A stretch of 56,221 nucleotides of DNA, filler included, from Platydemus manokwari (GCA_037951405.1; 4 parts of 4 records of this genome joined end to end with filler, not necessarily neighbours in it); one strand, 5' to 3'; shown: positions 26,601-40,201, numbered from the whole stretch's first letter. Made by a program: numbers and translations. The notes: generated from the letters alone by a model not told the origin.

Positions 26601-28639
26601 TTTTGATTTTGTATAACAGAATATTCATCATAAACTGATACAAATTAATTCGAATACGATGAAATGAAAAATCTCTTAAAAAATTAAAGTAAAAAACATT
26701 ATATATATTTCAAAACATTGTAACACATTGATTGATCCATAACATAAACCAGACAATATGTAAATGTCAGAAAACAATATAGAACAATAGTGAAAGTATC
26801 TGGTGCGTAAATCAAAAATAAATAAATGTCATGTTGTTTGAATGTTGTCTAAAAGAAATCCATCGTCATTGTAGAATTTGTATATGAGCTAAATGATAGA
26901 CATTAGTTTGCGATAAAATATTTCAATAATAACTAATAATAAGATATAATAATAGATGAAAACGCAATCACCACTGTAAATATAGTGGTCATAACTAGTA
27001 CTTAAGATTTATATAGAAAACAATATATTGTCCCCGATTTTTGTAATTCATATGAATTTGAATCACAACTGCTTTTGATCTAATAGTGCTGTTTTTTAGA
27101 ATCTATTTATTAACGTTAGAAGAATATCATTTTTTAATTTTATTATCAAACCAAAGAAATCCAACTCTAGTCAAAATAATAAAGTTCACAACAACATAAA
27201 ACAATTATTCATATCAATAAATTATCTGAAATACATTGTGGTGGAAATAGACCAATCAGATCTTACATTTGAAATATTTACCATTTTGATTACAAATTTA
27301 TACATCAAATAATTGATTATAAAAGTCATTTTAAAACTAATAGGATTAAAGTGGAATTACATGTCAAATAATCATCAATTATTGATTTAAATGAAATCTT
27401 TACATTTCGATATTCATAAAATATAAATAAATGTTTTAGGCATATGTATAAGTATAATTTATTCTTTATCAAATAAAGCTATTAAAGCTATTTGATACTG
27501 AAATATCCCAAAATAACAATATAAAATATAAGTGTTTTTTCAAAAATCCAGGACCCTTCTAAAAATAGAAACTATAAATACAAATATAAATATAATTTAT
27601 TAAGGCTAAAAACAGAAATATTAATTTAATAATTATGAAAATAGAATTATAAAAGCGTAGGAATACAAAAGTAGCATAAAGAAAATATATTAATAACCTA
27701 AAAAGATGATATGCCAAAAAAGAGATAAATAACAATATAAAAAGAAAGAGATGACGCATAACCGCTCCCATACTTATTTGATTTACAAAACACAATTACT
27801 ATAGTTCAAAAACTGTACGTGTTAAGAAATCCATAACCCATTCTATTTAAAGCTAAGAGATTTATTTATTGGAAAACGCATACTAATTATTGGAGAAACT
27901 CTCAATAACGTGGATTATTGATTTATAGAAGCCAACCATTATTGTCTAAACTAGGAAACTATATATAGTTGTCCAACGAGAAAACAAAACACGAGCTAGA
28001 ATGAAGAAAATATTTCTGTCTGCACCGCGATATAAATAGCTTTATTTTTTAAAAACTTTTCACAATTGATAATGTCTATGTTAAATATTGTAACCATTCC
28101 TATTATCAGTGTCTTGACGTCGTCCAACCACTATTTAATTAAAACTTAACCTATTTCAATTGTCGAAATATTATCCGTGTAGTTGCCGGACTATTAGATC
28201 TTCAACTATCTTCGAATCACATTATGAACTTGCATTTCTCCGTAAAAGGGACAACTAAATTCATAAAAGCTAACAATAGTCGTTAATTACTAGACGTATT
28301 GATTAATTCACCTGGTTATTTGTTTATATCCATTAATAATTAACTATTGCAATTCATATTTATGCTCATAGATTTGTAATCTGATCCAGTAATTATATTT
28401 TTTTATATTATTGTGTTTATTTATTTATATTTAAATTATTTCTATCATTTCTACTTGAGCCTTCGGAGCCAAGCACAATTTATGTAAAATACACTACGAG
28501 CTTAACAACCTTCTGAAATTCACACCCGAACAAAACCAAACAAATAAATTAAATTAAAATTTTTCTCTAATGCCTTTATCAAATCAAAATCATTATTATT
28601 CAAACGATAAAAGAAAATAATTCCAGAATGTATAATTCT

Positions 28640-28932
28640 TACATTCTCAAATTTATTTTTTAATATGTCTTGAAATGAACTTGGTTCCAAATTCAATGGA
28701 ATATTTTTTGAAAATTCAACTTCCTTTTTGGGTTTGTACACACTGCGATATGCTGACAAATTGGCTGTGGGAATATAAGATTGATCAAGAGTTAACTGCA
28801 GACAATATTAGATAACATTAAAAATTAACGAATTATTATTACCAGTTCACTCTCGGATGTTAACGATACTTCTAGAACACGTCTGTTGTCACATTGACGA
28901 ATAATGACAGAGGAATTTGGCAATAGAGAAAT
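28640..28932 (-). CDS. Two putative exons of an unidentified gene or gene fragment
   Basis: AG/GT-bounded phase-0 exons ISLLPNSSVIIRQCDNRRVLEVSLTSESEL and LTLDQSYIPTANLSAYRSVYKPKKEVEFSKNIPLNLEPSSFQDILKNKFEN. Start and end not resolved. Confidence 0.35.
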
Positions 28933-29049
28933 CTAGAAATTTTACAAAAAAATTCAAAATTAACTTCATTTAAAATGAAAAATTTAATACATATAATTTT
29001 CATGACAATATTTTAGTTGGTACCTAACTATTGCTGAACTCAGATGTAT

Positions 29050-29600
29050 TCATAACGCACGGACAGACAACCTTCCCACTCAGAATAAAAAGGAACGGAA
29101 TACAGAGAATGCTTATATGAAGTGTACCTACTGTAAACCATCCCACTCTTTTGTACTCTATCGGAACGACAAAATCATAGATATACTGGTCAAGGAAATT
29201 GTTAACAATACGGGTTACAGTTTTTGTAGAGAAAGAATACCAATTCACGGAATCCAAATTAAGAGTAGATCTTCAACTAATAAATGATCGAAAATCTACG
29301 ATCGGCCTATTCGATGTGAAATGCCCTATGAACGAACCTGCTGAAATGGCCGAAACAGCTTAAAAGAATATAAAAAATACTCAGACCTCCGAAATTTGAT
29401 AAGAAAGCGAATTATTACTGGATTGCAGAACTGTTCACTTTTGATGTGGGGGTTCTAGAAACTTGGTAAACACAGACCAATAATACAGTCGTAAAGAAAC
29501 TTTAAGCAATATTAAAAAAAATGATAAATAAAATAGCTCTTACTTGCATGAAGTATAATATAAATGCGAGTTATGTGTAATGGAAGTGCCACAAGAGAAA
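29050..29600 (+). mobile_element. 3' fragment of a second RLE-type non-LTR retrotransposon (zinc-knuckle remnant plus PD-(D/E)xK endonuclease)
   Basis: Plus strand reads ARTDNLPT...KCTYCKPSH...YRNDKIIDILVKEI...(fs)ESKLRVDLQL...IGLFDVKCPM...KNIKKYSDL...(fs)FDVGVLETW, with stops and frameshifts. Confidence 0.8.
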
Positions 29601-29878
29601 GTCAAAAGAGTATAGCGTTAAAACTTTCTTAAAACCTATTCTGTTATCATCAATCAGCGATTCCAATAAACAGTTTTATATTTAACAATCGAACATTTTG
29701 TTAATAAGCATCATTTTAGTTGAGTGACATTTTATAAATATATAATTTGTTTCGGAATTAATGTTTTAATTGTTGGTTGGAATTTTGAATTTATCTGTAT
29801 TGAAAATTTATTTATTGAATTTTTGATATAAGTTGTGATTTATACACAAAACATCTATTGCAAAATTGATATGAGAAA

Positions 29879-29962
29879 ATAATAATAATAATAATAATAA
29901 CAATAATAATAATAATGATAACAATAATAATAATAATAATGATAACAACAATAATAATAATA
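29879..29962. repeat. Imperfect (AAT)n microsatellite
   Basis: Direct reading, with AAC and GAT interruptions. Confidence 0.9.
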
Positions 29963-30089
29963 TTGGGTCTATAACTTAATAACCGGAATTTGACACCAGA
30001 TGTAAACACTTATGTGTGTGCTGTAGCAAATCATTAACATACACGTCATTTTGAAGCTCTATTCATAAGCTATCAAAATCAGTCAACAT

Positions 30090-30189
30090 NNNNNNNNNNN
30101 NNNNNNNNNNNNNNNNNNNNNNNNNNNNNNNNNTTAATTAATTAANNNNNNNNNNNNNNNNNNNNNNNNNNNNNNNNNNNNNNNNNNNN
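30090..30189. other. Artificial contig spacer with TTAATTAATTAA
   Basis: Same 100-nt structure as 17785-17884. Confidence 0.95.
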
Positions 30190-31799
30190 TATATCAGTTC
30201 ATATTTAGAATTCAAAAATCAAATAGCACATACCAGCAACAATCAACAAACATCAAGATTCGCCAATGCCATGACAGATACAAGAGAATTTGCCAATTCA
30301 GCGACGTGTGAAAGGCTCTATCGATTAAAAAGTGAAGTTCTTAGACATCAAGCAATGAGTACTTAACCGTTAAAACAATTCAAATGACTTAGCATTGATT
30401 TTAGAACTTAATAAATACCAACATACATACAAGTTTCAAAATTAAGTCATTTATCTCTTAAATACATATATGCTTATCTTTAAAAGTTAATCGGTATTTA
30501 TCCCTGTTGGCCACTACACTTTCATAAAACAGGCTTTGGAAATCAACTGACAAATCATGACACCAAATGTTATGTTGAATATAATTATTCAAATTTCAAT
30601 TTCAAATACTTATAACTTGTATCTGTTTCTTTCCACAACAATTTGTTTGAACGATCTCAACGATGTGGCAATAATATATTGTTAGTTCAATTATCCAACT
30701 ATTTATATCATTTTCATAGTAGCCAACTTGTGCTAGTTTATTTAATTATAATCTTTATTATAATCTAAAGTATATAAACTTTGCCTTGTAGTTCTTTAAA
30801 TATATTTTTAAAGAAATTATCAATCATGTGGTTTCATTGAATAAATATTAAAAAATTTGCATACTTGTTTGAAATCATGATCTTTAAAAAGTTCCTATGG
30901 TTAATTATCATATCAGAACCAGAAAGTTATAACAATGGCAGTAATTGCTAATCATAAAGTTCTTTGAAAGACTTATTATCCGTGTTGTTCCTTTGTCTAG
31001 TAATTTTGCTTGTCATCTACCAGAACCCTCTTAATACCAACTTACTAACAGGTTTTCTTCTATTTTTCAGCTCGTTGGTGTATCTCGATGTTCGTTTCCT
31101 GTGTTGGTCTGCTTCGATTGACGATCGAATTTTATTTATGGGTTTATGTAATTGAGGCATTTGATTGGTCAATGCAATTCATAAATATCTTATTCACTAA
31201 ATTTCTCTTCAACTTAATTGTGAAATTTTATTAAATTATTTTCACAATTCCAATTGTGGGAAATCAGCTATCTTTAAACAAATTAGAAGAAACTTTACGG
31301 TACAAATTTTATTATATTTATTGTAAAATTATTATTATTTTTATTGTTAGTGTAAACCATGTCTATCAGATTGTTATTGTTACTTTACTGAACTTGTTCA
31401 TGCTAAAGTTTTATCAACTTCTCTCAATATCATCCAATTTTCTGTACTACATGATAATAGTAACAAACTAAATTATAATAATAAAAACGCACAAAATACA
31501 TACAATAATCATGAGTAGTTCAATATGACAAAACAATATGATTAATATTAATCAATGATTAAAATTAAACTTCAGAACATCAAAGGCAAATTTAATTCAA
31601 TGTATTTATTACATTTAATAAAATCCTAAACTTCAAATTTAAGTAATAATTTTTAGATTTAATTTTTAAAAAATTTTACATTATCTTACTAAAACGGTAG
31701 CACTTTTATTTATTAAATAAACTTTCTCTAACCTTTTTAAAATATATTTTAAAATTTTACTCCACGGTAAGAAGAAGTAAGGAACAAAAAAATCTAATG

Positions 31800-32763
31800 G
31801 GCAACAAAAAGACCCGCATATTGGATCTTTTCAATGCAACTAAGTGTTACCCAGCCGACTGTCTATCGTTGAATTCAGGAAGCGGAAAAGCCTGATTTGC
31901 GTGGAGGAATTTATAATTCACAGGTTACTTTAGAACATCAAAATGCGATGTGTAACCTAATTGAAAATAACCCTCGGATCACTCTGGCTCAATTAACGGA
32001 TAAACTATTTGCTTTGTATTCGTTAGTTGTTTCTAAGACTATGGTATTTAGACACTTAGATGCAGTAACGTAAACACTGAAACAAATACGTTTTGAGCCA
32101 GAAAGGGCAAATATTCCAGAGAATATGGAGAAGCGCAAAGTGTTTGCTCAAAGATTACTCGCTTTTCAAGGTCAGAATCTCCATATTCTCTTTCTGGATG
32201 AGAGTAATCTCAATATACGAGGCACTTGGTGTAGTGCAGCTGCAGCGGGATCCAAGGGGGTTAATGCACATATGATTGGGTGTATTGGATCTCTTGGCCT
32301 AATTCACTTTGAAATGCGGCGTGGTGCATTTCATAAAGAAGATGAGCACGAATGGTTAAAAATATGCTTTCGAAAAGCATATTCTTTGTACGGAAAACCC
32401 ATTGTCCTGGTGCTAGATAATGCTCATTGCCACAGTCGTGTCGAGGAAGTGTTAATAGAAGAGAAATTTAAAGAACATTCACTCCTCCGGTAAGCACCAT
32501 ACAGCCCAATGCTCAATCTAATTGAGCAAGTTTGGTCCGTTATGAAAGTCCATATTAAACGAAATATGGCCGAAAACATTTCTTCATTATTGAATGATAA
32601 ATTCAGAGGCCAACTGACTGTAAAAGAATATCGTCTCCAATTTTTGGAAAGATATATTCAAAACGCTGTGGAGCTGATTATACCTGGATTGTGTTGCTTC
32701 TGTTTAGCATATATTCAAGGTAAGTTACCAGATGTGCTGGCGCTAGAGGACATTGAGTTCTAA
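31800..32763 (+). pseudogene. DDE transposase pseudogene (DD35E spacing)
   Basis: HTH region NPRITLAQL..KL...SVSKT..RHL. Catalytic FLDES, LVLDNAHCH and LR*APYSPMLNLIEQVWS. In-frame stops near 32071 and 32491. Confidence 0.9.
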
Positions 32764-32980
32764 TAAATGGTTGTTGTCGAATGTTACATTTTTCTTATTT
32801 ATACCTTTAAATATTAATTAAATTATGTTATTTTATCTATTTATCATCTGTTTGCTATTATCTAACAAATTGATTTTCATAACAATTTATGATTTAAAAC
32901 AACAAATTATTTCAATATTATTGTTTTACTTTTCGGTTGGTTTTTGATACATACGTAATTTATTTAATATTATTTCTTTC

Positions 32981-33106
32981 CATTTAGTTTGTTGTTACTA
33001 TCATTTAGTTTGTTACTATTATCATTTAGTTTGTAGCTTTTATCATTTAGTTTGTTACTAATACCATTTAGTTTGTTGCTATTATCATTTAGTTTGTTAC
33101 TTTTAT
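32981..33106. repeat. Six tandem 21-bp subterminal repeats (CATTTAGTTTGTTACTATTAT)
   Basis: Six exact-period 21-bp units at the right end of the transposon. One inverted copy at 31451-31473. Confidence 0.9.
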
Positions 33107-34446
33107 CAAATAGTATGGAAAATGATATAGTGTCAACTCCATTGACCATTTAAAACAAATTGATGAATACCAAACCATTAATTAACAAATAATAAGTTAA
33201 TTAATGAACACAAATTGATGATTTATAAATAATCTGGTGCCTTTAAAAATCAATACAGCTCAGAAAATATAAAATATACTTCGAATTTTTAAATATTTAA
33301 ATAAATGAAGCCATTAAAGAGGAAATAAAATGCCTTTGGTGAATGACATTCTGGTAAATTTCACAGCGAGGATACATTATATATAACTGCACAGATCAAT
33401 TGAGTTCTGTCAATACATCGAGATCATCTAAGTTTTTCTTACATACTAAGGCCCCATATTTTATTGCAAGCCGGGTGGTTTCAACTGTAAATCGCTTTTT
33501 ATAGAAATCACGACTATAAACACTGTATTGATACTTTACACATACGCATGCCTGTACAGTCATTTTGGCTTGCAAACCTTGCAGTTATGTGCCGAGCAAT
33601 AAATTGTTTGGAATCAATAATCTTGGTATTTAACACCATCAACAGAAAGAAGTCCGATCAAAACATAATAATAGTTATAATTGATAAAAACTGAAATAAA
33701 TATTTTGCCCGTCGTTAATGGGGTACGTGGAAAGATTATTTGGAAATCAGAAGCATTACTTGATTCATGATAAAGCCTCAATTCATATAAAAATTCAAAC
33801 ATCACATTTCAACAAATTATCTATCAACAAATTATTGATCATTTTGGTAATCAGTTTTGATGATTTTTATGATGATTCCTGGTGCTAAAATTTCGCTTCA
33901 TTCTCATTTCGGAACCATAAAGATAAATAAAAACTTCTCCAACAAGTTAAATTACGATTTTATTTGTGTATACATTGATATATAAATAATATCACGAATT
34001 TAAACAATCTCAATACGATGTTAAAGAAATTGTTTAACTAATTAAAAAAATATTTATAAGAAGATCAATTTTAAATTTATATTTGCCACCTTATTTAAAT
34101 TTAAAGTCATTTTTAAAACATTGAAGAAAAAATAAAAAATCCGATAATGCTTTTTACTAAAATACAATAAATTGTTAGAAATATGAGAGCAGGTCAATGT
34201 AAAAATTCTCTAATATTAATCGATAATACAACAAATCTGTAAATTTTGGCACATTGACCCGGAATCAATAAAAATAAAATTTTTTATGTTTAATTGGGAT
34301 GAAAATGGGACTTTTATTTTGAGGGCAATAGTTATCATTATAATGATCCAATAAATGATAAATTTTTTGAAATCAATATAAAATGATAATAATTTATTCA
34401 TCTAAAAAGTATTAATATTGCAGTTATACTCAATTTGTTGTTGTTC

Positions 34447-35643
34447 TCAATTCGTTGTTGAAAGAAGTTTCTTTGTTTCGGCTTTTGAAATGGCAGATCT
34501 TCGATTTTTGAAATGGTTTTTCACTTTTTTACTTTCAACGCCAATTTTTTTAGCAATGGATGCAATGATTTCATTGGGTGGATTCTGATTCTTCTGGAAT
34601 TCCTCTTGGAGAATATCCAATTGATCTGGTGTAAACGTTATTCGTTGATCTCTGGCCTTGTTGGAACCTACAGGAATCCATCAAATTACAGATTAAGTTA
34701 TCAATAATCATTATTATAAGCATATTTATTTAGAAAAATTATTACTGCCGGTTTTCTTTGAGCTCGATTGCGCACATGAGGCCACCTAAAAACATAATCA
34801 TTATCGTGAATATATCTACAAACAACAATATAATAAAATATCACATATATTTGATTCTGTAGCAATAGATTCTGTCTTCTATTTTGTTCTTCTATTTGAC
34901 TGAGATACTGTAAATTCTCATATTAGATAATTGATTCTAATAATTTTTAAAAAAATCAATGAGACTTGATTATATTTATTTATATCATAAAAATAGTTGG
35001 CATTATATGATAAATATTTATCATTGTATTGGGCTTGATTCTGGAACAAATTGATGAAATGATTGAGAAATATTTTTACAAAACACGTTACGTAATGATC
35101 ATGGAAATATGGTGATGCAGAATTGAGCAGAACATCGTCAGAATTGGGCGTACTATTTGAAGATGTAAAACTACCATAATCCGATGCTGCCTGAATTGTA
35201 GATTATTAAAATAATATATCATTTGAAATTCTCCCATATTACGTCATATCCATTGGAAATATGAGGATTACAATTGATTATTCTGATATTGTTCTGGTAT
35301 GGATTCAATTGCTGGAAATAACAATCAAATAATTTTATTTTATCTATGAAAATAATCACTGGATTGACATAATGATTGTTTGAATTATTGATATTATGAA
35401 AATATGGCATCATGTTTTGGTTGCCCATGGTGATTGGTGGATTCTAGAAAATCAATCGATAAAAAATCATATTTGGTGGAATATTGCACAAATTCATTGT
35501 ATAAATGATATCATTGTAATTACATTGGCATAATACGTCTGTGATTGATGTGCATATTCATTTGGAAAAGATAATTGAGTGATTAAATTATTCTGATAAT
35601 AACCATATTGTGTGGTTAAAGGATTTTTCGGGCAATTATTTAT
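34447..35643 (-). CDS. Divergent homeobox transcription factor (multi-exon, N/Q/Y-rich N-terminus, C-terminal homeodomain); 5' end unresolved
   Basis: Last exon 34447-34667 encodes ARDQRITFTPDQLDILQEEFQKNQNPPNEIIASIAKKIGVESKKVKNHFKNRRSAISKAE (R5, F8, L16, F20, F49, N51, R53). Upstream exons 34746-34785, 34845-34907 and about five more splice in frame with GT-AG introns. Confidence 0.8.
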
Positions 35644-38317
35644 CTAAGTGATAGTCAACTAATTTTCTTTCCCGTTTATTATTAGATTATTACTTGATAA
35701 TTATTATTCATAACTATATATGTTAATCACTACCAAAATCGGCAACAATTAATGAAATTTAAAAACAAAATTGTTTTTTTTTAATTTAAATATTCACTTA
35801 AAATCTACTTTATGAATTCGTTGCAATTTAAAACAAATTATTTTGTACTTTTAAATTAATTGAAATCCTTGAGTTTAATTTCATCGGATCTCCTGCATTT
35901 ATCCATTCTTATTTTATTATTATTATCTATGAAATTATAAATATTTTTTGAAAGTTTACAAGCGCTAATTTTTTTTATGCCTTTTGTTTTTTAAAATAAT
36001 TTTTTAATTTCCAAATCGACATTTTAAATCCATGATTTCAAAATAAATTATTTCGATATAGTTATAATATATAAATTATTATTATAAAATTATTATATTA
36101 TACTATCATAATTAGCCGACCAAAATTATTCATACATACTTACACAGATAGAGCTACTAATATCGGTTTTTATTTTCGAATATTTTTATTGTCATTCATA
36201 CATTTATTTTGTGTATACTATGATGACGATTGCTTTATGGTGCTAGAAGAATTAGAAATCAATACAAAACATAAATTAAATATATAGGGTTTATCGATAT
36301 TTATTAAAGAATGTTTATCTAGATCTTCTCTCTTATGATACGTATAATTGTGTTGGATAAGTAAAGCCTACGTTTAGACTTAAACGTTTATTGACTCTGA
36401 ATAGTGCTACTCAGCACTAACATAACCAAAAAACCGGTACATTAAATATGTTTGATTGGTTTCCACTAACAATAGACCATATTTGCATTGCAATTTATAG
36501 TCGGATGTTAATGTGTATTGATTGTGTTTACCAGGTTACTTTTGATTGGTCGGTTAACATGTAATCAAAAGTAAGTAACTAAGTTTAAAAATTTTCTAAA
36601 AACTCTTCGTTAATTATTTGAATTGTTTTGTTTCTTATTAAATAAATAAACAAAAAATGTTTCCTATTCAAATGCAATAACTTTAACGAAAAATCTTGAT
36701 CAAAGAATATTTATCATGCTCGTCATTGTTGATGAAATGTGGTATTTGAAGTGCTTGACATTCGTTTTATCTTTCAAAAAACTCATTTAAATGTTATCTT
36801 TATTAATTTAAAATAAACAAACTGAGATCTTTGAAATGTCTTGAAAATTATCAAAAATCATTTTCAACTACTTCATTATAATATTTTTATTATAATTAAT
36901 CTCATTTCGAAATTATAACTGAAAGCCATTTTTGAAATTTATACCCAAATGCTCCATTGATCAAATATAAATACTTATCTTTTTCTAATATATCTGTAAC
37001 AAATGAGAGCAAGTTTATTGATAATTATGAGTGATTTGCAGAAATTTTTGAGTATTAGCTTTCTCCAAGATTCCAACCTTCAAAGTTTTCCAAGCAATCA
37101 TTCGATAGGATTCGCACATCACTGAAATCCAATCAAGGAGATGGGGAATATTATAAATTAAAGTAAATATATTATTATATTGTGAGAATAATGCGAATTT
37201 TGAATTTTTCTTTTGATAATTTTGGAAATATTGTAAATTTAAAATTTTTCATGCGGTTGAGTATTTTTCCTAAACTTGGTGGGGATAATGCTTAATTTTC
37301 ATTAAAATGGATGAAAGAAATTCGAAAACACTCATTATGCGTTAGATTTTCTGACGACAATTCTTTTTTGATATTTATCTTTCGTTTGGTCTGATCTCGC
37401 AGGATATTTTTGTCATTGTTTATGATTTAGTCATTTTGTGTCTCCACAAATTTTTATAATATCATGTTATACGTTATTACACAAGTGATTATGTAATTTC
37501 ATAACTTTAAAGAAACTTTAATTTTTGGTAAATTATGATTTTCTAGATCGGATTTGTGTCTTTTATAGTGAAAACAAGAAAACTTAATATTCTAGTTTCA
37601 AAATATTTTCATATTTAACTATTCTGATACCAAATATTTCTTTTATAGAAATGAAACTGTTGATTAAATTAAGAGTCCTCAGCAGGGTAATATTCTAACA
37701 ATAAATTCCCAACATTTTAAACTGCAATATACTATTCATACAATTTTCATTCTTTATCTGAATTCTCCAATAGAAAATCACACAAATAAATTAATAGTTC
37801 TTATAAGTTTATTCAAAGATTAGACTTAAATTAAACGATTTATGAACAGTTTTGCATTTACATTTATATTAATATTAAAAGATCGCATCGGGTTAGTTAT
37901 TTGGTATCAAGATCGAGGAAATGAGGTGAGATTTAATTTATGTTTACTATTTCAGGACCTCGGTACTTTATCATAAATAAAAATTATTGAAAGGAATATT
38001 CATCGGTATAAAATTATTTAAAAAACCTTTAATTGATTTTAAATTAAGAATAGAGTTTCAATATCAATAAAGGTAATTACATCAGGATTAATTAATATAG
38101 TTTATAAAGAATTTCACAGATTGATAAAAAAAATCAAAATTTCTTACATTTCAGTGTTGTATTTTTCGTTTTTAATCAGCAATCGATTTTTATATTTTTT
38201 TGAGTTTTATCGGCAATTTATTTACATGTAATTTTAAATATTTAATTCTTACATAATTATATTTTTTTCGTTTAAATAAACCAATTTTATCTTCAAACAT
38301 TTACCGAAAATTCAAAT

Positions 38318-40201
38318 ATGTTATATAAAATTACTGATTTTGAAAATTTTATAAAAATCGGTGAAGGTATTTGTTTCCATTTCGAAATTTTAACTAAGGA
38401 TTTATATTTCCGGATCTTTCAACAGGTTCTTATGGTGTTGTTTGTAAAGCTATAAATAAAATTACAGGGAAATTGGTGGCCATTAAACAATTTATCATTC
38501 GAAACGATGATAATGGAATACCAAGTACCTGTTTGAGAGAACTTTCTATACTCAAAGAACTTCAACATCCAAATATTATCTGGTAATGATTTGTTTACCA
38601 AAATGGATCTTGAATCCTGTAATTTTCAGCATGGAGCAAGTGTTAACTTGCGATAAAAAGCTGTGTTTACTGTTCGAATATATGGATATGGATCTTAAAA
38701 GATTTTTGGTGACTTATGAGAACAATATCGCTTTAACTAAAACATTCAGTTATCAAATCATGCAAGGTCTTCTTTATTGTCACGGAAAACGAATAATTCA
38801 TCGTGATTTGAAACCAGAGAACTTATTGATTGATTTACATAAATTGATAATTAAAATAGCGGATTTCGGATTGGCAAGAACAGTGACAATTCCCGTGAAA
38901 CCATACACTCATGAGGTAGTGGTTCTAGTAAAATGGATTTAATGTTTTCTCGTATATTCATTGCTTAACACCATTATTGATAAAACGATTCGAATTCTAT
39001 TAATAATAATCCATTAGGTTATGACGCTTCATTATCGAGCACCGGAAATTATGTTAGGCTGTGGGAAATATTCGTTTCCAATCGATGTTTGGTCTGTAGC
39101 TTGCATTATGGCAGAAATGCTCACAGGCCATGTTCTATTTTTAGGAGACTCTGAAATCGGTCAGTTGTTTGCCATTTTTAGAATACTCGGCACTCCCGAT
39201 ACCGATAGTTGGCCTGATTTCTATGAACTGACAACTTGGAAGACAGAATTTCCTAATTGGAAGAATTCGTTGATGAAAGTGTTCGGAGACGATGTGGATA
39301 AATTATTCTTAGATTTATTGAGTGTAAGTTATTTTATTTATTTATTTTTCTTTATATTTTTCTGTAATATTCTAATGTTCTGCACACGAGAACATTTGAT
39401 ATTGAATAAAATCAATCATTTATATTTTCTAACTGAATCTCTATGATGAGCATGTTTTGAAATTGCAAATCAGATTGGTATCTATAATAATTATCATGAC
39501 ATTTTTTCGTGAGGTTTGGTGGACGAGTATCAGAAATTTTTAGAATCCATTATAATGTGTGTGTAACAAGTTAGCATAATCCAAACCAACGGTTTAATGC
39601 AATGAGTTTAAATCATCTGGATAGGTATAAATTGTCTGGTTAAATTCGAGTTCTTAATGACTAACATTGCTCCATTTGTCAAATTATAAGAAATCATTTT
39701 GAGATATTATTGATCATCTTATTTATTTTTGATAACCAATCGTATCACACGCATATTAATCTTTCACCAATGATTAACTCCGGTAATATCACTGTTGTAT
39801 TGATTTTTTGTAGCCACAAATCCATGAACATTTACTAATTTATTTCAATCCAATATATTAAACTGAATGATTGAGAACATCGAGCGCGTTATCATGTAAT
39901 TGTTTAGCTTATAAATTGTTATCCAATTATCGAATAGAACGATAATTTGTCTTTATAATTCTTATACTAACATCACGGATTATAGTGTATTTTTGTGTGC
40001 ACAATTATTAATATTGTGGCTTATCGATTGTCATTTTAGAAAATGTTGATTTATACTCCTGAAAATCGAGCTACACTACGAGATGCTCTTTATCATGAAT
40101 TCTTCGACGATCTAGACAAATCGTCTCTACCAGCAACAGACGAAGAAAAGCGTATGAATACCGAACTGATGTTTGAGTCATTATTGAATTCTTCAAATTA
40201 G
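38318..40201 (+). CDS. CDK1: CDK1-like cyclin-dependent kinase (5 exons), divergent PSTCLRE variant
   Basis: IGEG|[59 protein letters not shown]|[18 protein letters not shown]. Last exon KMLIY.P..R...[23 protein letters not shown] after the stop. Confidence 0.9.

Larger units (their letters stand above)
31447..33113 (+). mobile_element. IS630/Tc1/mariner-superfamily DNA transposon (defective) with TA target duplication and imperfect TIRs
   Basis: Left end TA|CTACATGATAATAGTAACAAACTAAAT versus right end (reverse complement) TA|CTATTTGATAAAAGTAACAAACTAAAT. Encloses a transposase pseudogene. Confidence 0.8.

Noticed and set aside
26600-26645. Weak resemblance to U2 snRNA (TATCAGTTTA) at the 5' end of the non-LTR element
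   Set aside because: Too short and AT-rich to be significant.
34513-39032. Two conserved Trp positions both encoded as CAT (homeodomain W48 and CDK TLWYR), hinting at recoding
   Set aside because: Other Trp residues use TGG, and CAT encodes conserved His (HRD) in the same kinases. Treated as coincidence.
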